The translations under genes and the position numbers were made by a program. From assembly GCA_009783855.1 (NCBI GenBank), contig WRCO01000004.1, positions 1-55,114 on the forward strand: a stretch of DNA of 55,114 nucleotides. The letters run 5' to 3'. Below are positions 20,300 to 30,278 of this stretch, piece by piece. This DNA is from Alphaproteobacteria bacterium (GTDB lineage: Bacteria; Pseudomonadota; Alphaproteobacteria; Rs-D84). The stretch's first letter is position 1; the number at the start of each line of letters is the position of its first letter. Under the pieces are notes generated by a model, which was not told where the DNA came from, searched no databases, and was given only the letters and a program-made list of their open reading frames with translations.

Positions 20300-23200
20300 T
20301 TTTAACATCAGCAAAGTTTCATTGCCAAAGTCACGCGTATGGTTCGGATTGTTGCGATACACAAATCCGACCGCGCCGTCGGTAAATTCGCCAAGGTTGC
20401 GCCTGTACGCAAGCGATGCGCGAAGTTCGCGCGCGGCCGGCGACAAATCAAATATGCCGATATAAGGATTCGTGGAAAGGTCGAATCCGTGGTCCGCTTC
20501 TATTAATTCCACATCCGCGCTTACATAATGCATGCGGCCGCTTGTGACCGCCAATGGCCGCGCAAGCGAGAAGGACCACCCGCCGTATTCGACCCCGAAC
20601 GACAGCGCGTCGGAATGTATTTGCGAAACGTCCGCGATAATCGTGCCAAAGCCCGCGGCGCTTGTCGTTGTCCGCGCGGCGGTATACCGCGCATTAAACC
20701 GCAACAATTCGCCCGCGCGGTATTCGAACACATTATCCATGTATACGGTATTGCCGCCCGAAAGCGACGTAAAGCCCGTCGAATGCGCGCCAAGCGTCGT
20801 GTCGGATTCGCGCATCGCCCCGACATTTGTACCGAACGAAAGCGGACCCGCGCCGTATGTCACGCCGCCTTCGAACGTCATGGCGCGGCCAAGTTGCAAT
20901 AATTCTTTATTATCGGAAAGCATCGGGTCATGCGCAAGAAGCCCTTCTTCCGTGACGGAGCCAATCGCCGTCCCGACAGAGAATCGCCAATTGCCCGCGC
21001 GGTACGCCGCATCGACCGATGTGGAATTCGACGCAATCGCCATAATCGGATTCGCACCATCGCCGCGGATTATATCGGTATCGCCCGCGCTTCGTTCAAA
21101 CCGCGCGCCGAATGCAAATGCGCCCGTATCGTATGCCAGCGACATTTTATCAAGATTTCCAAACCCGTCGTCGCGATGCGTATCGCGGAAAGACATACCT
21201 ATGGAAAATCCGCCGTCTGTTATCGTGCCTGGCCGCCGCGTCGTCCGGAAATCGCCAAGCGCGTCGTGCATGACCATCGCGCGGCGGTTCGCGGTCATAT
21301 ATACCGACCCGTCCCATATGCGCGGCATGGATAATTCTCCGTCCGAAGATTCTATGAAATCGAACATAGGAATGCTTATGCTTGCATTCCGCGCGCCGAA
21401 CGCGCCGGAAAACGCCATCGACGAAGAGCGCGGGGGGTTGGACCCGCCGCCTCCGGTGTTGCCGCTTGTCGGGACTCTTCCGACATGATAAAACGCGTTG
21501 CCGGACGGCGAATTGACGACCGGTATGTGGTTATTGGTCATCCCGTTTATGGCGTAATAGTATATGTGCCCGCTTGGCCGTGTCGCAAGTTCCGGATTGA
21601 CAAGCCCGTATCCGAACACATCCGCGAACGCCTGTAAATAAGTCATATGGCCGTGGTCGACCCGCGCCTGAATATCCGCGGGAAGCTGATACTTCATTTG
21701 AAGCGCGCTGTAATCCAGACTTCCGTTGGGCAACCGGTGTACCAACATCCGGCTGTCGGATGTAAGCGCCATAAGAAGGAAAATCTGGTCATTGGTCAAG
21801 AATTGTCCGAATGCGCTTTGCACCTGTCCCACTGCGCCGGCCATCGCGGCGACCGCAAGCGCGTCCGTCTGACCCGCCGCGGCAAAGCACCACGGGTCAA
21901 CGCCGTTTGTACCCGACCCTGCCCAGCCGCATTTGCGCGCGCTGAAAAAATCGCGGTCAGGAAGATTGTTCGGGTCTGTGACAAGAACATTGGGGTCGTG
22001 CCATGTCGACAGGACTATCTTCGGGCTGTTTTGATTGTTCCACAAAGTGTCGTCCATATTTCCGACACTGCCCGGGTTTATATTCCCCGTTCCGTCGGAA
22101 AGCTGAACCGCGACGACGGACATGAAATACCGGCTTGCGCCCGCGTATGCCATCGGCACGGCGTTTTCGAATGTGGCCTCCAAGACTGTGCCGGGCGTAT
22201 TAACAAGAAACGCCCCGGTCGAATATATAACCATCGATTGGAACGGGGTGCCAATCCCGCCAAGGAAATCGCGCGCATCGTTGCGCACGTTCGCGGTATT
22301 GTTCGGGTCATTCGCATAATAATATGCGATAAGGTCAAGAAGAGCCGTCCGGCGCGCATTGCCTTCTGCGAACATCCAAAGGTTGCTTATCGTTTCGGTG
22401 CCGATTGCGGTCATTGCAGAAACCGGCGCAGCGTTCGCGATGACATTCACACGCGTCGGATTGATGCCGGTGGACGGCGGCGCAATGCTTGTCGGGGCAA
22501 GGGTCAACCTTGCCGCATGAAGCATCGCGGCATAGTTTTGATAATCAATCGCATCGCCGTTACTGTCAAGCCCGCCGCCGGTCCGATATACGACCAATTG
22601 TCCGTTCGGAAGGAATCCGGTGTAATCCGCAAATCCGCGGCCGTCGGCAAGGGGGCCCTCCGCAATGCCGCCGATTAATATCTTGGCAAGAAGATTGTCG
22701 TAAGCGGTCGCGTCTTCGTTGCGTATCGCGGTGCCGTCGCCGGTAAAATCAAATCCGTCGCGTTCGCCGGAAACGCCGGCGCCGATAAGCCCGCTTGTCG
22801 CGGTGGACATATCGACAAGAGTATTATAAAACCGGCGCGATACGGTGTTGGTGCCGCCACCGCCTTCGCCGGGGCCGGTCGCCCAGAAAATCCATCCGTC
22901 CGCAATGCTGGAATCGCCCGCGTCCGCGGTATCGTTCGTCGCCGCGCTTGCATTGATATTCACGCCGTGATTGGATATAAGCGCGACCGTAATCGGCCGG
23001 CCGCCGCCGGCAAGAAATCCGTTGGCGACCGCAACCTCGCGCACGCCGTCAAGCGGTTGCCGGTCGTTGCCGCGCAGCGTCATCTGACCCAAATATCCGC
23101 GCGCAAGCGGACCGTATCCGCGCATCAAAGCCATATAATTCTGCATCGGCATTATCGCATAGTCGTTCGCGACATCAACCAACCCTTCGGACAGCAATAC

Positions 23201-23863
23201 GAAATCCCCGGGCATAAGAAAGTTTTCAACCCAGTCACCCTGGGCCGATTGACGCGCCGGCTCGACGCAAATACCCTGGGTATTTGTAGCGCATGCCAAA
23301 AACCCGCGCGGAAGATTATTGAATTGCCAATCGATAAGTCTGTTTTGGTTCCCGCCGCCACCGCCTCCACCACCGCCGCCACCACCGCCGCCGCCACTGC
23401 CGCCACTGCCGGCGCGATTTGGCGAAAACTGGTCCGTCAAGAACCACACTCCGCCGACAACAGCCGCCGCACCCGCCGCCGCCAACAGCATAGTTTGCGG
23501 TGTGGACAATCCGCTTAACAACCCGCCGTCGGAATCTCTTTGTTGCGACGTCCGCTGGTTATGTCTTCTTATCTGACGGTCGCACCCGGATGCGTCGGCG
23601 CCGAACATTTGCAAAACCTGTGCCGCGCGCGTGTCGTTGTTCATAAGCGCGGTACACACGATGGAAAGCCCGGTCGCGTCAATATAGTTTATATTCGCGC
23701 CGGAATGAACCAAAGCCTGAACCTGTTGAATATCGCCCGCGCGCGCGGCGGCAAGAAGTTGCGCCGCCATTTGGAATTCGGTTGCGGCGTGCGCCCGCGG
23801 AGCGGCGGAAACCACAGCCGCAAAGGCGAATATCGCAAACAAAAATCTGGATTTTTTAAGCAT
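20276..23863 (-). CDS. Ankyrin-repeat + degenerate S8 subtilase-like + beta-barrel-like exported protein
   Basis: Signal peptide; AARAGDIQQVQALVHSGANIN ankyrin; CGWAG...WCFAAAG, FGYGLVNP; beta-rich C-terminus. Confidence 0.7.
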   Translation of the reverse strand: MLKKSRFLFAIFAFAAVVSAAPRAHAATEFQMAAQLLAAARAGDIQQVQALVHSGANINYIDATGLSIVCTALMNNDTRAAQVLQMFGADASGCDRQIRRHNQRTSQQRDSDGGLLSGLSTPQTMLLAAAGAAAVVGGVWFLTDQFSPNRAGSGGSGGGGGGGGGGGGGGGNQNRLIDWQFNNLPRGFLACATNTQGICVEPARQSAQGDWVENFLMPGDFVLLSEGLVDVANDYAIMPMQNYMALMRGYGPLARGYLGQMTLRGNDRQPLDGVREVAVANGFLAGGGRPITVALISNHGVNINASAATNDTADAGDSSIADGWIFWATGPGEGGGGTNTVSRRFYNTLVDMSTATSGLIGAGVSGERDGFDFTGDGTAIRNEDATAYDNLLAKILIGGIAEGPLADGRGFADYTGFLPNGQLVVYRTGGGLDSNGDAIDYQNYAAMLHAARLTLAPTSIAPPSTGINPTRVNVIANAAPVSAMTAIGTETISNLWMFAEGNARRTALLDLIAYYYANDPNNTANVRNDARDFLGGIGTPFQSMVIYSTGAFLVNTPGTVLEATFENAVPMAYAGASRYFMSVVAVQLSDGTGNINPGSVGNMDDTLWNNQNSPKIVLSTWHDPNVLVTDPNNLPDRDFFSARKCGWAGSGTNGVDPWCFAAAGQTDALAVAAMAGAVGQVQSAFGQFLTNDQIFLLMALTSDSRMLVHRLPNGSLDYSALQMKYQLPADIQARVDHGHMTYLQAFADVFGYGLVNPELATRPSGHIYYYAINGMTNNHIPVVNSPSGNAFYHVGRVPTSGNTGGGGSNPPRSSSMAFSGAFGARNASISIPMFDFIESSDGELSMPRIWDGSVYMTANRRAMVMHDALGDFRTTRRPGTITDGGFSIGMSFRDTHRDDGFGNLDKMSLAYDTGAFAFGARFERSAGDTDIIRGDGANPIMAIASNSTSVDAAYRAGNWRFSVGTAIGSVTEEGLLAHDPMLSDNKELLQLGRAMTFEGGVTYGAGPLSFGTNVGAMRESDTTLGAHSTGFTSLSGGNTVYMDNVFEYRAGELLRFNARYTAARTTTSAAGFGTIIADVSQIHSDALSFGVEYGGWSFSLARPLAVTSGRMHYVSADVELIEADHGFDLSTNPYIGIFDLSPAARELRASLAYRRNLGEFTDGAVGFVYRNNPNHTRDFGNETLLMLKLSHRIGI

Positions 23864-24011
23864 TCTCTTTCCGTAAATCAATTTTAACAAAAAACGGAAT
23901 TTTAATGCAAGAAGAAAAATGAAAACAACGGGCAGAGTCCCCGGGTACCGGCAAAATCACAGATTTCGCGGTGTGGGTTGCGCCCGTTGCATTGAATCCA
24001 AGCGGTGTGCG

Positions 24012-25805
24012 TTATTCGTCGTCGTCCGCAACGCAATCTCCCCATTGTCCGGTGGAAAGACACGTTCTTGTTCCGGCCGCGCCACCGATTGTGCAGTTTT
24101 CGGTCGCGCCGGGCGTGCATACGGTCGGCGGCACAGTGTCAATCGGAGGAAGCTGTGCTTCTGTGCATGCTCCGTGGATTACGGCAAGCTGTGTCGCCCT
24201 GCACCGTTCCGCGCCGTCTATTTCAACGACTTCGCACGCGCCTTCGATTCTTATGGCATTTCCGGCGATTGGTCTGTAAGTCACCGCCGCGTCGCTGCAC
24301 ACTTCGCGCCATGATGTGTTAAGTCCGGTAATTCTTGAACACACGTTAAGCCAGTCTGTACAGTTCTGGCCGATGATGTTTCCAACAGGCTGTGCAAAAT
24401 CCGGCATTTCAAGGCGCCATTGCACATAGAATTCGCGAAGGCTGTTAACGCGTCCCTGTTGCGCAAGCACAAGCTGGTCAAGTCTGTCGCCCACACGGCA
24501 AGTGACCCCGTCTATGTTCGCCTGGGTCCGCAATCTGTTTGCTTCGGCGTCCGCTTCGGCCTGTAATCTTTCGGTTTCTCTTCTGGCTTCGTTTTCAAGG
24601 CCTCTTTCATCCTGTCTTACTTGGTTCGCCTGGACAAAGTACGCTATAGTTCCGGCAACGCCCGCACCGATGGCCGCCTGGCCCCATGTGCCGCCAAGCC
24701 TGTCTTCCGCGACCGTCCGGCTTGTCACGATGCCGCCGCCGGCACCGACTGCCGCCCAAAGGCCCGCGGCAAGAAGCGGATTCATCCTGCGCGATGCGCG
24801 CGCTTCCACTGCGTCGACCGGAGCTGCTCTTTCACCGGTGGCTCTGTGAAATAATTGATAACTGAACAAATCTTCGTCGCACGTAAATGTTTCGCCCGCC
24901 GTAACCCATGTTTCGGCCGGTATCTGACCGATAGAACCGCCGCGCGCGACGTCGATGTTAAGCGCGCTGTGCGCCGGCCATCCCGGTCTTGTGGATATCG
25001 TGCCTTCGGATTCGATAAGGTCGACATAAATCTGTCTGTCGGCGCCATCGTACGCCGCGACGCGGATAAGGCATCTGCCTTCGACGGCGTCCCAACGCGC
25101 GAATTCACCGCGGCTGTTGGCAAGGAATCCGTCCGCCCATACGTCAATGTTGGCGTCCGGCCTGAACGACGGGTCGTTTATGTTTCTGTCAAGCAAAAGA
25201 CAAACGCGCCGCGCCTGGTTCGGGGAAAGGCCCGTCCGGCTTAATATAAACGCATGGTACCGCGGTTGGACCACTTGGGAATTGAACATCGCCCAAAGCG
25301 CGTCGCGCGACGAGAATATGTCGTCGCATTCCACCCTGTTGCTTACGATTCTTGAAGTTTTGGCATGACGAAGGCAAAAGTCAACCTGGGCCCCGCAAAG
25401 GTTCATGCCGCGCGTGACTTCGGTCCGTGTTTCCGCGTCGAACAAATCGTTAATCCGATTCGGCAAAGCACCGCCGTTGATACATGAAAGGATGCGCTCC
25501 ATACAATCTTCCTGAGTTATCAAATCGGCAAGCGGCGTTCCGTCGGGGCATCGTTCCGCGCCCGGTTGGGTCGTTGTACCGCCACCGCCGCCACCGCCGC
25601 CACCCGGAGGAAGTGGTACGCCGCGCAAAGGAAGCGGGCGCGTGCGTCCGCCGATTCCGCCGCCCGTATGCGGCACGACCGGCATCGTGACGACGCGTGC
25701 GGCCGTATCGCGGCCGGTCGGCGCGGCATGACATGTTCCGCCAATCCATAAAGCCGGCACGGCAAAACCAATTGCCATCAAGAATATTGATAAATTTTTA
25801 GGCAT
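24012..25805 (-). CDS. Secreted Cys-rich protein with glycine-zipper-like helices and C-terminal Cys module
   Basis: Signal peptide, poly-Gly, GLWAAVGAGGG/GQAAIGAGVAG, CTPGATENC...GTRTC...WGDC. Confidence 0.75.
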   Translation of the reverse strand: MPKNLSIFLMAIGFAVPALWIGGTCHAAPTGRDTAARVVTMPVVPHTGGGIGGRTRPLPLRGVPLPPGGGGGGGGGTTTQPGAERCPDGTPLADLITQEDCMERILSCINGGALPNRINDLFDAETRTEVTRGMNLCGAQVDFCLRHAKTSRIVSNRVECDDIFSSRDALWAMFNSQVVQPRYHAFILSRTGLSPNQARRVCLLLDRNINDPSFRPDANIDVWADGFLANSRGEFARWDAVEGRCLIRVAAYDGADRQIYVDLIESEGTISTRPGWPAHSALNIDVARGGSIGQIPAETWVTAGETFTCDEDLFSYQLFHRATGERAAPVDAVEARASRRMNPLLAAGLWAAVGAGGGIVTSRTVAEDRLGGTWGQAAIGAGVAGTIAYFVQANQVRQDERGLENEARRETERLQAEADAEANRLRTQANIDGVTCRVGDRLDQLVLAQQGRVNSLREFYVQWRLEMPDFAQPVGNIIGQNCTDWLNVCSRITGLNTSWREVCSDAAVTYRPIAGNAIRIEGACEVVEIDGAERCRATQLAVIHGACTEAQLPPIDTVPPTVCTPGATENCTIGGAAGTRTCLSTGQWGDCVADDDE

Positions 25806-25883
25806 GATAATCCCTTCCTTTCTCGTGTACGTGTGTTGATTATATCATAAAATCAATGCGATTGAAAATTGTTTTTTGCGGCT

Positions 25884-25952
25884 GGCGTTTCCTGGCCCCT
25901 TTTGGAGGCGGGCCGCTGTGCTAACCCACCCCAAAAGGGAACAGGAAACGCC
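25884..25952 (-). other. Long stem-loop in divergent intergenic region
   Basis: GGCGTTTCCTG/CAGGAAACGCC and CCCTTTTGG/CCAAAAGGG arms; inner stem pairs via G-U on the minus strand. Confidence 0.55.
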
Positions 25953-25966
25953 TTTTGAATTCTCAC

Positions 25967-25994
25967 TTGACAAAAATTGAATACCCGATAGAAT
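25967..25994 (+). promoter_or_regulatory. Sigma70-like promoter (leaderless)
   Basis: TTGACA-16-TAGAAT, ATG 6 nt downstream. Confidence 0.6.
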
Positions 25995-26000
25995 TGGCGT

Positions 26001-26978
26001 ATGTTTTCGCGCATTATGAATTTTATCAAAAAAGCAAAACTGGCAACCGTTTGGACCGCGCTTTATTTCGCCGCGATATGGTTTCTTTTATCGTTTATGT
26101 TCGGGTTCGACGCGTTTAACATTGCTCATTGGGTGCGGATTCCTGCTATTCGGCTGTCCGGCCTTGCGGGCCTTACGTTTGGCGTTTTGATGATTGCGAC
26201 TTTGCCCATATATTTCGCGGTTATAAAATTTATAATTTCAAGCGGCAAGCCGTTCCCGTTACCATTTGTCCCGGAAAAGGAAAAAAAAGACAACGAAGAC
26301 AAAAAAGAAAAGCCGGACGAAGTTCAAGAATCCGGACCCGCCCTTCCCGAAAATCTGCCACAGGAATTGCACGAACTTTACGTAAGGGCACTAAAGCGCG
26401 GCGATTTTGCGAACCCTGTGAAATCCGCATTTGAAGCCAACGGAAATGCTGTCATCCCGGAAAGCCATGAAACGATTTGTCCGGAACCCGGAGATAGCGC
26501 CTCCAAACCCGTCCCATCGCTTCCCATTCCGGATTTTGACGAAAGTCTTGCCGAACCGGAATCGTCCGGTCCGGTTTTCAAGGAAGTGCTTTTTGATACC
26601 AAAGAAAATTTTGACGTCGAAACCGATGACGCCTTACGCTTTACACCTCACGTTTCACGAATCAAATCCCTTGGCTTTGAAACATCTGTTGACGGGGATA
26701 TTGTTATCGCAACCCGAATACCGAATCCGAATACCGAATACCGGTTCGCCATCGCAATCCACGACGACCCGGATTTCACGATTGCGGATAAAGACGACTG
26801 GTTCGCGGCGGGCAAACAAAGGCCGTCCCCGGCCGCGGCGGCGATTGATGCGGGCGCGCGTCATGACGCCGTACCCGTGCTGTACCTTGCCGAATCCAAC
26901 ATCATGGATTTGGAAAACGTAAAAAACGAATGGACGACCCTTGGCGTACGCGTGATTTCCGACCTTTCCGAATTGTAA
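26001..26978 (+). CDS. Hypothetical membrane protein
   Basis: Two N-terminal hydrophobic helices, acidic/Pro linker, globular C-terminus. Confidence 0.75.
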   Translation: MFSRIMNFIKKAKLATVWTALYFAAIWFLLSFMFGFDAFNIAHWVRIPAIRLSGLAGLTFGVLMIATLPIYFAVIKFIISSGKPFPLPFVPEKEKKDNEDKKEKPDEVQESGPALPENLPQELHELYVRALKRGDFANPVKSAFEANGNAVIPESHETICPEPGDSASKPVPSLPIPDFDESLAEPESSGPVFKEVLFDTKENFDVETDDALRFTPHVSRIKSLGFETSVDGDIVIATRIPNPNTEYRFAIAIHDDPDFTIADKDDWFAAGKQRPSPAAAAIDAGARHDAVPVLYLAESNIMDLENVKNEWTTLGVRVISDLSEL

Positions 26979-26991
26979 AAACACAGCTCTT

Positions 26992-27100
26992 CCCGTCATT
27001 CCCGCGAAGGCGGGGATCCATTGTATAATGATGCGTCGCCAGCTTTGCTGGCGACGACCTTTTGAGAGCAGTGGATTCCCGCCTTCGCGGGAATGACGGG
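26992..27100. repeat. REP/MITE-like palindromic element
   Basis: 29-bp terminal IR CCCGTCATTCCCGCGAAGGCGGGGATCCA / TGGATTCCCGCCTTCGCGGGAATGACGGG (1 mismatch); internal hairpin GTCGCCAGC-TTT-GCTGGCGAC. Confidence 0.85.
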
Positions 27101-27190
27101 TTCTGGAATTCAGAAACTCAGAAACTTCGCTTAAAACAGGAAAGGCTTTTTTTATTCGTCATTTTATGATAAAATCTTTAATCAGAGAAT

Positions 27191-29629
27191 ATGAAATTAT
27201 CACGTCTGCTTTTCGCAGTTTGCTTTGCGCTTTTGTCCGGCGCGGCTGATTCCGCGCCCACCTCGCGCGCGGGCGGCGCCGCACAGCAGCAACAGGGACG
27301 CGCACAGGGACGGCAAGCGGCGCCCACCGGGCCGCAAACCAGAACTCCGGCCCGCGCCGCCGTATCCGCGCCCGCGCAGCAACCGGCGGTCCAAGCGCGC
27401 GCGGCCGCTCCCGCCCGCGTGGCGGCGCCCGCTCCCGCACCCAACATAGTCGCACGCTCCGCGACCGTCGGCGTAAACCGTCAAGGCACGCCAACCATCG
27501 CCGCCGCCACGGGCAACGAAGCGCTTGTCGACCAGCAATGCCGCGAACTGTTCGACGGATGCATGGATTCATTCTGTATGGCGCCGAATGAAAACGGCGG
27601 CCGCTGTTTATGCAGTAATCAGCACGCCACTTTCGACGACCTTCTTGAACAAATCCGTCGCGCGAACGAAGAATCTCTTATCCTTGCCACCGAAGAAGTC
27701 GAACGCATTGAACGCGGCGCCCGCGCGGAATACATCGCCGAAATGGAACAGCGCGCGCTTGACAACATCCGCATATTACAGCAACAGCAACAAGTGCGCC
27801 AGCGCGCGCGACCGACCCTTGACCTTTCCGGGCTTGGCGGCGCCGCCGGCACGCTGACGTTCGACGACCTTTTTGTGGAACGCGAAGAAAATATTACCGA
27901 CCCGCTTGCCGGAAGGCACGGTGACGCGCTTTTTGCCGCCGTGCGCACTCTGTGCCTTGGCCGCATGCGCGAACAGGCGCCGCATTGCTCTCGCGATGTA
28001 TCGATGCTGTCCACCCTTTATACCGCACAGATAACATCCGATTGCCGCGCGTTTGAAAATGATTTGCGCGCAAGGTTGAACGACGCCGACAACAGGCTTC
28101 GCGCAGCGCGCGCCGCCGTCCGCGACGCATTGGAAGAATCGTTCGAACACGCCAACCGGTGGAATCTTGGCGAATGCGTTACGGAATTCAGAAACTGTAT
28201 GGTTGACCGCGGCGGATGCGAAGAGGATTTCAGCGGGTGCGTCGGCATAGCCGCCGCGCAATCGGCCGCCATGTCGCGGCGCGGCGTGGTTGCTCCGCGG
28301 ATGCACCGGGTGCAGATTCCCGGCCAAAATACATTCATCGAAATCGCGATGTCGTCGTATGACACACTTGTCGCGCGGGGTCATCTTTGCGAAAACATCA
28401 CCGACCAATGCATAATGCACAAGGACCGCGTGTGGGACATATTCGTGGCAAGCGTCGCGCCGGCGGTAAGAACCGCCGAAATTATGCAGGAAAGTGAAAA
28501 CCGCCAAAACTGCATATCCAATATTTCCGAATGTTTCCGCCGCGGATGCGCCGACCGGTTTAATCCGGAAAGAGAGGAAGCGGAATACGACCTTTGCCTT
28601 ACCAATCCGGCCGCGATGGTGCATATATGCCGCGTTCCGCTTGAAGCATGCGGAATAACCGTCGACGCGCGGCAGAATACCGTCGAAGAAGACCATCCAA
28701 TATGGTCGTTTGTGACACGCCGGCTTTCCGCGATGCGCGACAACGCATGTTTGCGCGAAGTGCGCCGGTGCATGACAAGCGAAAACAATTGCGGCGAAGA
28801 TTATGCAAACTGTATCGGTATGGACGTTGCGTTTATCAAACGCATGTGTCCGCTTGAAAGAATGCGTGAAAGCTGCATCGTCGACGGGGAAGCAATGAGC
28901 GCGAGCTATTACGACGACCTTATCGCCGGAATCCTTATGAATATCGACAATGCACAGCTTCGGATGTGCACAGCGGCGGTTGACGCAAGATTGGGGGCCA
29001 TGTGCACGGCGCGCGATTGCAGCAATCTGTTCGAAAATAATAACGCCGTCGGCGCAAGCGGTATCGTCGTGGAAAGCAATGCATTGACGCGGACAATAAA
29101 GGGACTTATCGACTTTTCATGGATAAGGGTGAATCCAAACCCGGACTCAAACACCCACAGAGTTGCGCAAAACGTCGTTTTGCCGATCATTGAAACGGTA
29201 ATGGTACAGGACGACGAAACCGGGGAAGACAAAACGCTCTTTGCCGATTATACCGCGGCGGCGGAAACGCAACGGGGAATTAACCTTATGATAAGGGTTA
29301 TTAATGAAAAGGTTGACGAACTGGTAATGGATGAACGCGTGCAAATGTGTATCGGCGGACGAAGGCTGAGACAGGTGGACGGCCGCTCTGCGCTGGGCGA
29401 AAGAACCGAAGCACGCTTCCCCGCAATCGCGCATGCGGCGACAATGACGATTATCAATGCCGGACTTCAACGCGCACAGGTTAACCACGAACGCAGACGG
29501 CGCGAACTTATAAGAGAGGGTCAGACCGCCCTTGAAAGACTTGCGGCCGCCGGTGTGTGCTATGACCCGGATCTGCACGGTCCGCCCGAATGGATGAGGA
29601 CCGATGCGGGTGCAAGCGGCGGCGATTAA
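27191..29629 (+). CDS. Large secreted Cys-rich hypothetical protein
   Basis: Signal peptide, Ala/Pro/Gln linker, repeated C-x6-CM-x4-5-C-x2-D[FY]-x2-C motifs. Confidence 0.8.
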   Translation: MKLSRLLFAVCFALLSGAADSAPTSRAGGAAQQQQGRAQGRQAAPTGPQTRTPARAAVSAPAQQPAVQARAAAPARVAAPAPAPNIVARSATVGVNRQGTPTIAAATGNEALVDQQCRELFDGCMDSFCMAPNENGGRCLCSNQHATFDDLLEQIRRANEESLILATEEVERIERGARAEYIAEMEQRALDNIRILQQQQQVRQRARPTLDLSGLGGAAGTLTFDDLFVEREENITDPLAGRHGDALFAAVRTLCLGRMREQAPHCSRDVSMLSTLYTAQITSDCRAFENDLRARLNDADNRLRAARAAVRDALEESFEHANRWNLGECVTEFRNCMVDRGGCEEDFSGCVGIAAAQSAAMSRRGVVAPRMHRVQIPGQNTFIEIAMSSYDTLVARGHLCENITDQCIMHKDRVWDIFVASVAPAVRTAEIMQESENRQNCISNISECFRRGCADRFNPEREEAEYDLCLTNPAAMVHICRVPLEACGITVDARQNTVEEDHPIWSFVTRRLSAMRDNACLREVRRCMTSENNCGEDYANCIGMDVAFIKRMCPLERMRESCIVDGEAMSASYYDDLIAGILMNIDNAQLRMCTAAVDARLGAMCTARDCSNLFENNNAVGASGIVVESNALTRTIKGLIDFSWIRVNPNPDSNTHRVAQNVVLPIIETVMVQDDETGEDKTLFADYTAAAETQRGINLMIRVINEKVDELVMDERVQMCIGGRRLRQVDGRSALGERTEARFPAIAHAATMTIINAGLQRAQVNHERRRRELIREGQTALERLAAAGVCYDPDLHGPPEWMRTDAGASGGD

Positions 29630-29649
29630 GGTATTGCAAAGGTATGTAA

Positions 29650-30261
29650 ATGAAAAAACTGTTTATATTATTTTTGGCTTTGGCGGCGGTGTGGTTTTTC
29701 ACATCCGGCGCGTATGCAAGGTGTCCAGCCCACGGTACCGGCAGCGGACGGAATACTATGGAAGACTGGCTTGACAGACAAAGAACGTGCAGCAGACAAT
29801 CGATTGGGCACAAAGTGCCGTCGAAAACCCAAGAGGAGAGCTGTATTTGCGAAGAATATAATATCTATAATGAGAGTGGGCAGGTAACAGGCCAAGCCCA
29901 CAGATGGATTAAGTACACAGGCCCCACCGATTGGTGCATCGAAGGGAATTCAAAATCAACCGACAGGACCGTAAGAATCACCGGACATGAAATGGGTAAC
30001 GAACGCGAATGCTGGGTAAAGCGTTGCCCGGCTACTCTGTTCTTCGTTATGAAAGACAATGTAGACGAGGTGAATTGGAACAAATGCGATCCATGCCCCA
30101 CGGGGACCGAGGCGCGAAATAGTCACGACCTTACATGCCGCAACGGCTGTCCGCGCGAAGGCTGTGCCCATTGTGTGCGGCACCGCGGCGCATGCATACC
30201 GCTTTGCCGGTCTTCAACAGAACAACCCGACCCAACAATAATGATAATTAATAATTCATAG
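29650..30261 (+). CDS. Small secreted Cys-rich hypothetical protein
   Basis: MKKLFILFLALAAVWFFTSGAYA signal peptide; Cys-dense C-terminus. Confidence 0.7.
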   Translation: MKKLFILFLALAAVWFFTSGAYARCPAHGTGSGRNTMEDWLDRQRTCSRQSIGHKVPSKTQEESCICEEYNIYNESGQVTGQAHRWIKYTGPTDWCIEGNSKSTDRTVRITGHEMGNERECWVKRCPATLFFVMKDNVDEVNWNKCDPCPTGTEARNSHDLTCRNGCPREGCAHCVRHRGACIPLCRSSTEQPDPTIMIINNS

Positions 30262-30278
30262 GGATGATGCCCAACGCC

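Noticed and set aside
23350..23410. CCG/CCA triplet runs as a separate repeat element
   Set aside because: They simply encode poly-Gly linkers (also near 12340 and 25580).
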